From: Felis catus
Lineage: Eukaryota
Direction: 5' to 3'
Length of the DNA stretch: 64,000 bases
NCBI RefSeq assembly: GCF_018350175.1
Contig: NC_058368.1
Span: 73,782,001 to 73,846,000 of the forward strand
Positions 13,357 to 23,793 of the stretch are shown here, one piece after another. Within the stretch, counting starts at the first letter, position 1; every line of letters begins with the position of its first letter. A program made the translations under genes and the position numbers. The notes under the pieces were generated by a model that searched no databases, was not told where the DNA came from, and saw only the letters and a list, made by a program, of their open reading frames with translations.

Positions 13357-13971
13357 ATAAAATTGATATTTTTAATATTCATCAAGTGGGCTTCTCCAGG
13401 TCACATTTTGGAGGTCATAAGATTTAGAGCATTAGGCACACTCGAGTTTGTAATTTTATAAGTCAGGTAACAAGGTTACAATCCTCCATCCCAAGTACGT
13501 CTCTTGGCACCATGTTTGGCTTTCTCTAAATTTCTTGCTGCACGTTGAGGAATGATTTTACTTTTTCTAACTGCATGATAACTAACTTACAGTTAAACAG
13601 TTACTTGAAAAGGCTTTCATGACTTTGTTGTCTTAGATCGATCGGGTCTGCTGTTGTCTAGTAGTAACCAGGGATGTGCACCGTGTTTGCACTTGAATCC
13701 AGGCTTAAACCGTAGCACAGACCAGAAGGATTGGGGCAGATAATAATGAAGGGAAGGGTCATGAACTAACTTACGCTTTCAGTGTGTGAGATTGCATTGT
13801 GTTAGCCTCCTTCTTAACATTTCTTCCCTTGAATTGTCTTTGGGCCTATGTGGTTCTTTTGTGGATCATTAGAAACATAAAAAGGATTGCTTGTTTTAAA
13901 AATAAAATGATAGCAAAAGAACAAATAAAGTGTCCACAGAAAATTCCAGAAGCTTATATAATTTCCATTTT

Positions 13972-16900
13972 ATTATTTTATATATTTTTTAATTTTATTT
14001 TTTATTTTTAAAAATTTACATCCAAATTAGTTAGCATATAGTGCACCAATGATTTCAGGAGTAGATTCCTTAGTGCCCCTTATGCATTTAGTCCATCCCC
14101 GCTCCCACATCCCCTCCAGTAACCCTCAGTTTGTTCTTCATATTTATGAGTCTCTTCTGTTTTGTCCCCCTCCCTGTTTTTATATTATTTTTGTTTCCCT
14201 TCCCTTATGTTCATCTGTTTTGTCTTTCAAAGTCCTCATATGAGAGAAGTCATATGATTTTAGTCTTTCTCTGGCTAATTTCACTTAGCCATCCACTCCT
14301 GTTCCATCCACATAGTTGCAAATGGCTAGATTTCATTCTTTTTGATTGCCGAGTAATACTCCATTGTATATATACACCACATCTTCTTCATCCATTCATC
14401 CATCGATGGACATTTGGGCTCTTTCCATACTTTGCTATTGTCGGTAGTGCTTCTATAAACATTGGCGTGCATGTGTCCCTTTGAAACAGCACATCTGTAT
14501 CCCTTGGATAAATACCTAGTAGTGCAATTGCTGGGTTGTAAGGCAGTTGTATTTTTAATTTTTTGAGGAACCTCCATACTGTTTTCCAGAGTGGCTCCAC
14601 CAGCTTGCATTGCCACCAGCAGTGCAAGAGATCCTCTCTCTCCGCATCCTTGCCAACATGTTGTTGCCTGAGTTGTTAATGTTAGCCATTCTGACAGGTG
14701 TGAGGTGGTATCTCATTGTGGTTTTGATTTGTATTTCCCCGTTGATGAGTGATGTGGAGCATTTTTACATGCGTCGGCTGGCCATCTGGATGTCTTCTTT
14801 GGAGAAGTGTCTATTCATGTCTTTTGCCCATTTCTTCACTGGATTATTTGTTTTTTGGGTGTTGAGTTTGATAAGTTCTTTATAGATTTTGGGTACTAAC
14901 CATTTATCTGATATGTCATTTGTAAATATCTTCTCCCATTCTGTCGGTTGCCTTTTAGTTTTGTTGGTTGTTTCCTTCACTGTGTAGAAGCTTTTTATTT
15001 TGATGAGGTCCCATTAGTTCATTTTTGCTTTTGTTTCCCTTGCCTCGGGAGACGTGTTGAGTAAGAAGTTGCTGCGGCCAAGACCAAAGAGGTTTTTGCC
15101 TGCTTTCTCCTCGAGGATTTTGATGGCATCCTGTCTCTTACATTGAGGTCTTTCATCCATTTTGAGTTTATTTTTGTGTCTGGTGTAAGAAAGTGGTCCA
15201 GGTTCATTCTTCTGCATGTCGCTGTCCAGTTTTCCCAGCACCACTTGCTGAAGAGACTGTCTTTATTCCATTGGATATTCTTTCCTGCTTTGTCAAAGAT
15301 TAGTTGGCCATATGTCTGTGGGCCCATTTCTGGGTTCTCTATTCTGTTTCATTGATCTGAGTGTCTGTTCTTGTGCCAGTACCATACTGCCTTGACGAGT
15401 ACAACTTTGTAGTATAGCTTGAAGTCTGGGATTGTGACGCCTCCTGCTTTGGTTTTCTTTTTCAAGATTGCTTTGGCTATTCGGAGTCTTTTCTGATTTC
15501 ATACAAATTTTAGGATTAATTTGTTCAAGTGTTGGGAAGAATGCTGGTGTTATTTTGATAGGGATTGCATTGAATATGTAGATTGCTTTGGGTAGTATCG
15601 ACATTTTAATAATATTTGTTCTTCCTATCCAGGAGCATGGAATCTTTTTCCATTTTTTTGTGTCTTCTTCAATTTCTTTCCTAAGCTTTCTATAGTTTTC
15701 AGCATATAGGTTTTTCACCTCTTTGGTTAGATTTATTGCTAGGTATTTTATGGTTTTTGGTGCAACTGTAAATGGGATTGATTCCTTGATTTCTCTTTCT
15801 GTCGCTTAATTGTTGGTGTATAGAAATGCAACCGATTTCTGTGCATTGATTTTATATCCTACAACTTTGCTGAATTCATGGATCAAGTCTAATAGTTTTT
15901 TGGTGGAATCTTTTGGGTTTTCCATATAGAGTATCATGTCATTTGCGAAGAGTGAAAGTTTGACCTCCTCCTGGCCAGTTTGGATGCCTTTTATTTCTTT
16001 GTGTTGTCTGATGGCAGAGGCTAAGACTTCCAATACTACGTTGAATAACAGTGGCGAGAGTGGACATCCCTGTCTTGTTCCTGACCTTAGGGGAAAGCTC
16101 TCAGTTTTTCCCCATTGAGGAGGATATTAGCATTGGGTTGTTCATATATGGCTTTTATGATCTCAAGGTATGCTCCTTCTAGCCTTACTTTCTTGAGGGT
16201 TTTTATCAAGAAAAGATGTGTATTTTGTCAAATGCTTTCTCTGCATCTACTGAGAGGATCATATAGTTCTTGATCTTTCTTTTATTGATGTGACGAATCA
16301 TGTTAACTGTTTTGTGGATATTGAACCAGCCCTGCAACCCAGGTAGAAATCGCACTTGGTCGTGGTGAATAATTTTTTTAATGTATTGTTGGATCCAGTT
16401 GGCTAATATCTTGTTGAGGATTTTTGCATCCATGTTCATCAGGGAAACTGGTCTATAGTTCTCCTTTTTAGTGGAGTCTCTGTCTCCTTTTTAGTGGGGT
16501 TTTGGAATCAAGGTAATGCTGGCTTCATAGAAAGAGTTTGGAAGTTTTCCTTCTTTTTCTATTTTTTGGAACAGCTTCAAGAGAATAGGTGTTAACTCTT
16601 CCTTAAATGTTTGGTAGAATTCCCCTGGAAAAACATCTGACCCTGGACTCTTGTTTTTTGGCAGATTTTTGATTACTAATTCGATTTCCTTCCTGGTTAT
16701 GGGTCTGTTCAAATTTTCTATTTCTTCCTGTTTCAGTTTTGGTAGTTTGTATGTTTCTAGGAATTTGTCCACTTCTTTCAGATTACCCATTTTATTGACA
16801 TATAATTGCTCATAATAGTCTCATATTACTGTTTTTATTTCTGCTGTGGTTGTGATCTCTCCTCTTTCATTCTTGATTTTATTTATTTGGGTCCTTTCCT

Positions 16901-17631
16901 TTTTCTTTTTGATCAAACTGGCTAGTGGCTTATCAATTTTGTTAATTCATTCAAAGAACCAGCTTCTGGTTTCATTGATCTATTCTACTGCTTTTTGGTT
17001 TTGATAGCATTAATTTCTGCTTTAATCTTTATTATTTCCTGTAGTTTGCGGTTTTGGGTTTTATTTGCTGTTCTTTTTCCAGCTCCTTAAGGCATAAAGT
17101 CAGGTTGTGTATCTGAGATCTTTCTCCCTTCTTTAGGAAGGCCTGGGTTGCTATATACTTTCCGCTTATGACCACCTTTGCTGTATCCCAGAGGTTTTGG
17201 GTTGTGGTTTTATCATGTTCATTGACTTCCATATACTTTTTAATTTCCTCTTTAACTGTTTGGTTGGCCCTTTCATTCTTTAGTAGGATGTTCTTCAGTC
17301 TCCAAGTATTTGTTCCCTTTCCAATTTTTTTTCTCGTGGTTGATTTCGAGTTTCATAGCACTGTGGTCTGAAAATATGTATGGTGTGATCTCGATCGTCT
17401 TGTACTTAGGGCTGATTTGTGTCTCAGTATATGGTTTATTCTGGAGAATGTTCCATGTGCACTGGAGAAGAATGTATATTCTGCTGCTTTAGGATGAAAT
17501 GTTGTGAATATATCTGTTAAGTCCATCTGGTCCAGTGTGTCATTCAAAGCCATTGTTTCCTTGTTGATTTTTTGATTAGATGATCTGTCCATTGCTGTGA
17601 GTGGGGTGTAGAAGTCTCCTACTATTATTAT
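13972..17631 (-). mobile_element. Carnivore L1, 5'-truncated within the ORF2 endonuclease; ORF2 broken
   Basis: ORF fragments MDQMDLTDIF-like, [49 protein letters not shown]; 3'UTR and poly(A) at ~13972-14020; TSD taatttccatttt (13959-13971)/taacttccatttt (17632-17644). Confidence 0.97.
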
Positions 17632-17654
17632 TAACTTCCATTTTTAAAATCACC

Positions 17655-17885
17655 TCTATCACAGAGTGGCAACACAGCATTCTGAAGCCAGGCTCCTGGG
17701 TTTGAATCTTAGTGAAGCCTTTATTATTGGTGTGATTTGGGGCAAGTCAATGAACCATTTTTGTGTCTTTGTTTCCTCTTCCATGAAATGGGATATAAAG
17801 AGTACCTTGTTCGCTGAGTAAGTGTGAGGACTGAGTGACCATGCGAAGCACATGAAGTGACACCTGTAACATTTAGTATGTTGGA
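17655..17885 (+). mobile_element. MIR SINE
   Basis: ctgggtttgaatctt...gtgtgatttggggcaagtca...tttcctcttccatgaaatggga core. Confidence 0.8.
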
Positions 17886-18254
17886 AAAGGCACCATTTCT
17901 CACCATAAAGTGAAGCAAACAAAACTCAAGCTTGGGGTTATCTTTCTAAAAACTCCAAAGGAGAACAAGTGAATGGGATCAAGAAAAGCGCTTCACTGCA
18001 CAAAACAAACACAAGTCCTACTGTAGGTGAAGTGTGACACCAGGAAGAGGCTGAAAAGTAGAAGATATGTCTCCAAATGTTAATATAACATAGAGTTAGA
18101 TAGGACATACAGGGACAGTCACGCTGCCATCCTATAAGGATGCTTATTTATGGATTTTCCGATGTCCCCTGTGCATCTCTCTTGTGACTTTTTCTCCCCT
18201 GGATCATTATCACCCACCTCCAAGGCCATCTTCTACCTGTTAGCTATGGACTTG

Positions 18255-18350
18255 GTTTTGCTTTTTATCCTCAGTACCCAGCACAATTCCTGGGGGAAAA
18301 TAGCTGCTCATTACATATTTGATTGGGGGGTAATGAATAAATGCATGAAT
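18255..18350 (+). mobile_element. L2 3' end
   Basis: tatcctcagtacccagcacaattcctgg...ctcattacatatttg...atgaataaatgcatgaat. Confidence 0.6.
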
Positions 18351-18437
18351 CTTTTCAAAATAAGATGGGTATGGAAGCATTCACTGAAGAAATGGGATTT
18401 GATCATGGCTCGAACGATGGGAGAATTTACCTAACAG

Positions 18438-18720
18438 CAGAGCTTCCAGATAAAATACAGCAGATTCAGTCTGAACATCAGAACAACCACAAATAAATAC
18501 TGTAAGTATGTCCCATGCAATATTTGGGACATACTTATACCAAAAAAAAAAAAAAGATTCATTGTTTAAATTTGAATCTCAGGTGAATAATGAATCCTTT
18601 TTAGTACAAATTTCCCAATATTTCATGAAATATACTTATTACTAAAAAATGGTTATTTATCTGAAAATCAAATTTAACTGGATGCCCTGTATTTTTTATT
18701 TATAAAATCTAATAACCCTA
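18438..18720. mobile_element. MER53 (palindromic hAT MITE), with internal duplication
   Basis: ccagataaaatacag...taagtatgtcccatgcaatatttgggacatacttata...tctgaaaatcaaatttaactggatgccctgtattttt...aacccta. Confidence 0.85.
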
Positions 18721-18750
18721 ATAAGAGGAAAAAAGAATAGAAAGATTTTT

Positions 18751-18791
18751 AAAAATTTTTATTTGAGAGAGGGAGGGGGGTGGGTAAGGGC

Positions 18792-18834
<43 letters not shown>

Positions 18835-18959
18835 CCCAAGCAGGCTCCATGCTCAGTGCAGAGCTGGATGCAGGGTTTTCCATCCTATGAATCTGGGATC
18901 ATGACCTGAGCTGAAATCAAGAGTTGGAAGCTTAACTGACTGAGCCACCCAGGTGTCCT
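18751..18959 (-). mobile_element. Can-SINE (older subfamily)
   Basis: (GA)n then gaatcccaagcaggctcc...gccacccaggtgtcc. Confidence 0.95.
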
Positions 18960-18972
18960 CAGAAGGAATTTT

Positions 18973-19208
18973 TTTTTCCCTTTTTTTTTTTAATTTTTTT
19001 TTCAACGTTTTTTATTTATTTTTGGGACAGAGAGAGACAGAGCATGAACGGGGGAGGGGCAGAGAGAGAGGGAGACACAGAATCGGGAACAGGCTCCAGG
19101 CTCCGAGCCATCAGCCCAGAGCCTGACGCGGGGCTCGAACTCATGGACCGCGAGATCGTGACCTGGCTGAAGTCGGACGCTTAACCGACTGCGCCACCCA
19201 GGCGCCCC
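18973..19208 (-). mobile_element. Young felid Can-SINE (SINEC_Fc-like)
   Basis: CpG-rich near-consensus copy; TSD cagaaggaatttt at 18960-18972 and 19209-19221. Confidence 0.97.
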
Positions 19209-19382
19209 CAGAAGGAATTTTAAGTTATGGAAATGGCAAGAGGAAAAGATGGGGGCATATTGCTTTTAAGAAAATCTGAGTCTTCGAATAAGAATATCTA
19301 AATGGAGAATTATGATAGAGGACAATGCCTGAAATCATCCCTTTTTCCTTGCTGATTTTCTTTAAAAATGTATATTCCAGTT

Positions 19383-19383
<1 letters not shown>

Positions 19384-19450
<67 letters not shown>

Positions 19451-19622
19451 TTTAGTTTTTGAGAGAGACAGAGAGAGAGAGAGGTAGAGAGGCAGAGACA
19501 CAGAGAGAATCTTAAGCAGGAGCGTAGACCCCTACAAGGGGCTTGATGCCATGACTCTTGGACCATGACCTGGGCTGAAATCAGGAGATGGTCACTCAAC
19601 AGACTGAGCCACCCAGCACCCC
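19384..19622 (-). mobile_element. Can-SINE whose tail has become a (GAAA)n microsatellite
   Basis: (tttc)n at ~19381-19450; TSD tatatt(c/t)cagttt at 19371-19383 and 19623-19635. Confidence 0.93.
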
Positions 19623-21014
19623 TATATTTCAGTTTGTAAAGACCTTTCTTTCACTCAACCTTGTTCTTTTCCCCCGCAGCACAGAAATGCTGTATATGGT
19701 AAAGGACAAAGGGTTTTTAAGACACTTAGCTTTTTGGTCATTGAATCTAGAAGGATACCTCAAATATCACCAACTCTACAACAGATAGGTACGTGGCTAT
19801 GTGTTCAGGAAATGAATTACAATAAACATCCATTCAGAAATTTCAAACGGCTTTATTGGAGCTTTTTAATGTTAATAACTGACGGTATTGTTTTCTTTAG
19901 ATACACTCAACCCTGGACTTGGACAAGTGCTGTGTAAGTTACTTGAAAGTCTTCCTTGCTTTTTCAATTTATTTACTAGAGGAGACAGCTTGAGCTAGCC
20001 TTCCCCAAATCAGTATTTCTCCCTCTCTTCCTCCTACGTTCTACCCCTTCTTGCCTTTTTTTCTTTGTTTCTTTCTTTCCAATTGGTTCAGCAATTCAAT
20101 GTCTTTTAAAGAATCTGGAAACAAAAACATTGACAGTTTTTATCTTTATCACACTGTCTGTATTAAATATCATGGGTTTATTATAATATGCTGGGTTCTG
20201 ATGAGCCTTATAAGAATCCATTTAAACAAAAATAGTACATTCTTCCAGGTGTTCCTGTTGAGAAAAAAGATGACACATTTAAAATAGCTCTCCAACAAAC
20301 ATTCCCTTGCTTTGTACTTAACTTATTGATTACAGAGTCATAGTACCCAGCTGTCCTCATTAAAATCATTCTTCTCAACTTTTCCACCTTCCCACTTTTT
20401 GATCTTAAGGCATTTAAGAGGCACAAATCCAGAGAGAAGAAACCACAGAGACCAAGAAGCCAGGCTCAGGGAGGAAAAGAGATAGGATTTATTTTCTACC
20501 AGCATCCAGAATTTCTTATGATGAAGCCTAATTTTTTTATTCTACATTTGTAAACTGAATTGTTTACAATGAAAAAAAAAAAGGAAGAGAACCCTGAATC
20601 ATGGGGATAAAGGTCTAGAGATAAACCGAAGGATAATTGAGAAGTATGGTCTCAAAGAATAATAATACAACCTTGTGTTTAAAGTTTTATTTTATTCCAG
20701 TGGAGCCATAGCCTCGTGCATTATGCAGGTTATCTGAGAACCTGAGAAGCTTTTTCACTTTCACCTGAAATGTAAAACATGAAGATTAAATACAAGGCCT
20801 GGTTCTCCATTTTTTGTCACTCTTTCTGCTCCTTTAGCTTTCCACATACATACACAGTGTGTTGAGAATGTTGTCCATTGCCAGTAACAGGAACAAAGCA
20901 GGGAAAAGATATATTAAGTTGATATGGTCGGTTATACTTGCAAAATAAAACAAAATAAATTTAAACAAATATAAAGTAACTCAAAGGATATTTATCCACA
21001 GTACAATCTTTAAT

Positions 21015-21500
21015 TCCACTTGAAAAATGTTTACTCAGTGTTTTCAGCATGCCAAGCCCTGTATTAGGCCTGGCAGGGGATACAACGATACTGTCTCTAC
21101 CCTCAAGATGAATACGGCTTGATGGTGGCAAAGGACACAATTCAATATGTGAATGATTATAATGTATAACTGAGTGGAGTAAGGGCTCAAGGAGAGGTAG
21201 ACTCACAGTGCTGAGACAGGTTAGGTGCAGACAGATTATATCTCATTGCAAGTGTGGGGGGACACAGTGACTGAGCTCAGAGAAGAAGCAAAACTAAATA
21301 TGGAAAATGAGTAAGATGGGAGGAGAGACGAGTAAAGAACTTCCTGGTGGAGATAATATCACAAGTCATTGAGAAAGATCACTGGGGACCATCAAATATG
21401 CCACCCTTGCCGGAGTGTGTTATGCATGTGTGGGCCATCAAAGGAGATCAGGCCAGAAAGGTAGGTTGAGGCTGATGTGGGAAGGTCTTCAAAGAAAGGA
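21015..21500 (-). mobile_element. L2 fragment (3' end)
   Basis: aaatgtttactcagtg...atgccaagccctgtattagg...gtctctaccctcaag followed by purine-rich antisense-L2-like sequence. Confidence 0.55.
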
Positions 21501-22384
21501 AGCTGGTGGCTGTGGCCATGGCCGTGGAGAGTGGAGAGTGTATGTGGTCATGAGGTAGGCTGCTGCTGCCTTTCTAGGAGGCCTGGCTAGATGCAACCAG
21601 TCAACTGATTGTTGCTTCTGGTTTAGGGGTGTCTCATTTCTCTTCCAAACCCTTCCTCCGCTGTTCTGGGTTTTCTGGGAAGCAAAAAGGGGAACAGGAG
21701 TAGAGCATGTGCCAAGGCTGCTATCTTGTTGGCGGCAAATTTTCTTTCTACTTGATGTAATGACAGCGACATTTAAAAAATATTACTTGTTTTTCTTTAA
21801 ACTGCAAAGTGATGGCAGAGAGACAGAGTTCAAACAAAGTCCAAAGATGGGTCTGTGCTGCTTTGCTTCACCACTGCTCAGGATGTTCGCCCAGGATGCA
21901 CTTGAGCAGGTACCTCTTGTGCACAGGGGCCTGAGCATCTTCGTTTAGCTGTCTTTGGGAATGGTGTTATGAGGGGGGCACTGGAGGATGGGTATCGTGC
22001 GAAGTTACTCAAGACAGAAGAGGTTGGAGTCAAAGGACGAGCACAAAAGCGTGTCTATGGGGAGTCTGAGAAGTGGGATCACAGAAGTCAACCTTGTCAA
22101 CATGCCTGGGTACCAGAGAAGATAGAAAGCCTAAAAATTCAGGAGTCAGCTCATGGTAGGGATGTCACCAATGAAACATGATGTAATGACATAAGAATGT
22201 CTGGGGTTAGGACACCTGGAACATGGTCCTATTGGGTCCTGGATCTTTGGCTAATCAGAATGACTAATATTGAGTGTTCACTTTATAATATTGAAATGTC
22301 AGATATTGTAACCTGAATTTTTTTCTCTCTCTGAGGTGACATTTGACATGGGTCCATGCCTGCCTCAGTTCTGAGTGCTTTTCA

Positions 22385-22530
22385 ATGTAGCAACACTTCA
22401 TTTCTTTCAGCTCCCCTATGAGGTTGGGTCTATTATATCCTCACTCCACAGATGAAGAGATTGACACAGAAACAGGTGTAGTGACTCGCTTAAGGTCACA
22501 GCCTGGAAGGGGCAAGGCTGGAATTCAGCT
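22385..22530 (-). mobile_element. MIR SINE
   Basis: cctatgagg...acagatgaagagattgacacaga...gtgactcgcttaaggtcacagc. Confidence 0.75.
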
Positions 22531-22740
22531 TACAAAGAAAAACTTTACAGGAAAGAAGGCAATTGCATAGGTAAGTAGTCTAGGAAGTAGAAAAATAATA
22601 AATCCAATGTTTCAATACTGAAGTTGTAGAAAGGCAGGTAAAAATTACACATGGATATCATGAAGGACCCATTTTATTAACATAAATGAATAGTTGCTTA
22701 GATTAAGAATTAGCAAGATTAAGATTCAGTTTTCAAAAGG

Positions 22741-22810
22741 TTTTGTTTTGTTTTTTTAATTTTAGAGAAAGAGAGAGTGTGCACCAGTGGGGAGAGAAGC
22801 AGAAGGAGAC

Positions 22811-22841
<31 letters not shown>

Positions 22842-22971
22842 TAGCGAATCCCAAGCAGACTTCACGCTCAGTGCATAGTTTGATGCGGGGCTCAATCCCA
22901 CAACCCTGGGATCATGACATGAGGTGAAATCAAAAGTCAGACACTCAACTAACTGAGACACGCATGTGCCC
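22741..22971 (-). mobile_element. Can-SINE (older subfamily)
   Basis: (GA)n, gaatcccaagcagacttc, gacactcaactaactgag. Confidence 0.93.
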
Positions 22972-22978
22972 TACAGAA

Positions 22979-23194
22979 TTTTTTTTTCAACGTTTATTTA
23001 TTTTTTGGGGGGACAGAGAGAGACAGAGCATGAACAGGGGAGGGGCAGAGAGAGAGGGAGACACAGAATCGGAAACAGGCTCCAGGCTCCGAGCCATCAG
23101 CCCAGAGCCCGACGCGGGGCTCGAACTCACGGACCACGAGATCGTGACCTGGCTGAAGTCGGACGCTTAACCAACTGCGCCACCCAGGCGCCCC
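22979..23194 (-). mobile_element. Young felid Can-SINE
   Basis: Near-consensus copy; flanked by a(c/t)agaattttt. Confidence 0.97.
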
Positions 23195-23564
23195 ATAGAA
23201 TTTTTTTTTTTTTTAAATCAAACTACATGCATGCATGAACATGTTAAAATTGGTGTAAGGGGTCTTTGGTGTAAATTCGTGTGACCTTGTGACTTTGTTG
23301 GCTTTCTGACTTTGATTTCAGTCATGTTAGGTCTTAACAATACAAAGATATTTTTTCCCTCATCCTATTTCCAGACTACTATACTTTGCCTGCAGCTCTG
23401 TAACGAAACAAATGCATTTGTCTCTTCAATAAATGGGCTCTCAGCTACTGGGCATTTGTTTGGAAGGACATTCAAGATGTAAGACACATCAAGCGCGGGG
23501 CCCTTGTGCATCTGTCTGAGTCAGCTCTGCCAGGGCAAAGCACTCAATAAAGAAATGGGTGCCT

Positions 23565-23793
23565 GGGGCGCCTGGGTGGCGCAGTCGGTTAAGCGTCCGA
23601 CTTCAGCCAGGTCACGATCTCGTGGTCCGTGAGTTCGAGCCCCGCGTCCGGCTCTGGGCTGATGGCTCGGAGCCTGGAGCCTGTTTCTGATTCTGTGTCT
23701 CCCTCTCTCTCTGCCCCTCCCCCGTTCATGCTCTGTCTCTCTCTCTGTCCCAAAAATAAATAAACGTTGAAAAAAAAATTAAAAAAAAAAAAA
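23565..23793 (+). mobile_element. Young felid Can-SINE with perfect 16-bp TSD
   Basis: TSD aaagaaatgggtgcct at 23549-23564 and 23794-23809; long A tail. Confidence 0.98.

Noticed and set aside
14326..17592. Reverse transcriptase/endonuclease ORFs as a novel RT system
   Set aside because: They are ordinary, fragmented L1 ORF2 with a 3'UTR, poly(A) and TSD
21753..22191. tgatgtaatgaca repeated twice (ATF/CEBP composite-like)
   Set aside because: One AT-rich 13-mer recurring within ~450 bp somewhere in 64 kb is compatible with chance; no other support
23565..23645. tRNA genes at SINE heads
   Set aside because: A/B-box-like heads run into SINE body, (CT)n and A tail with TSDs; tRNA-derived SINEs, not tRNAs
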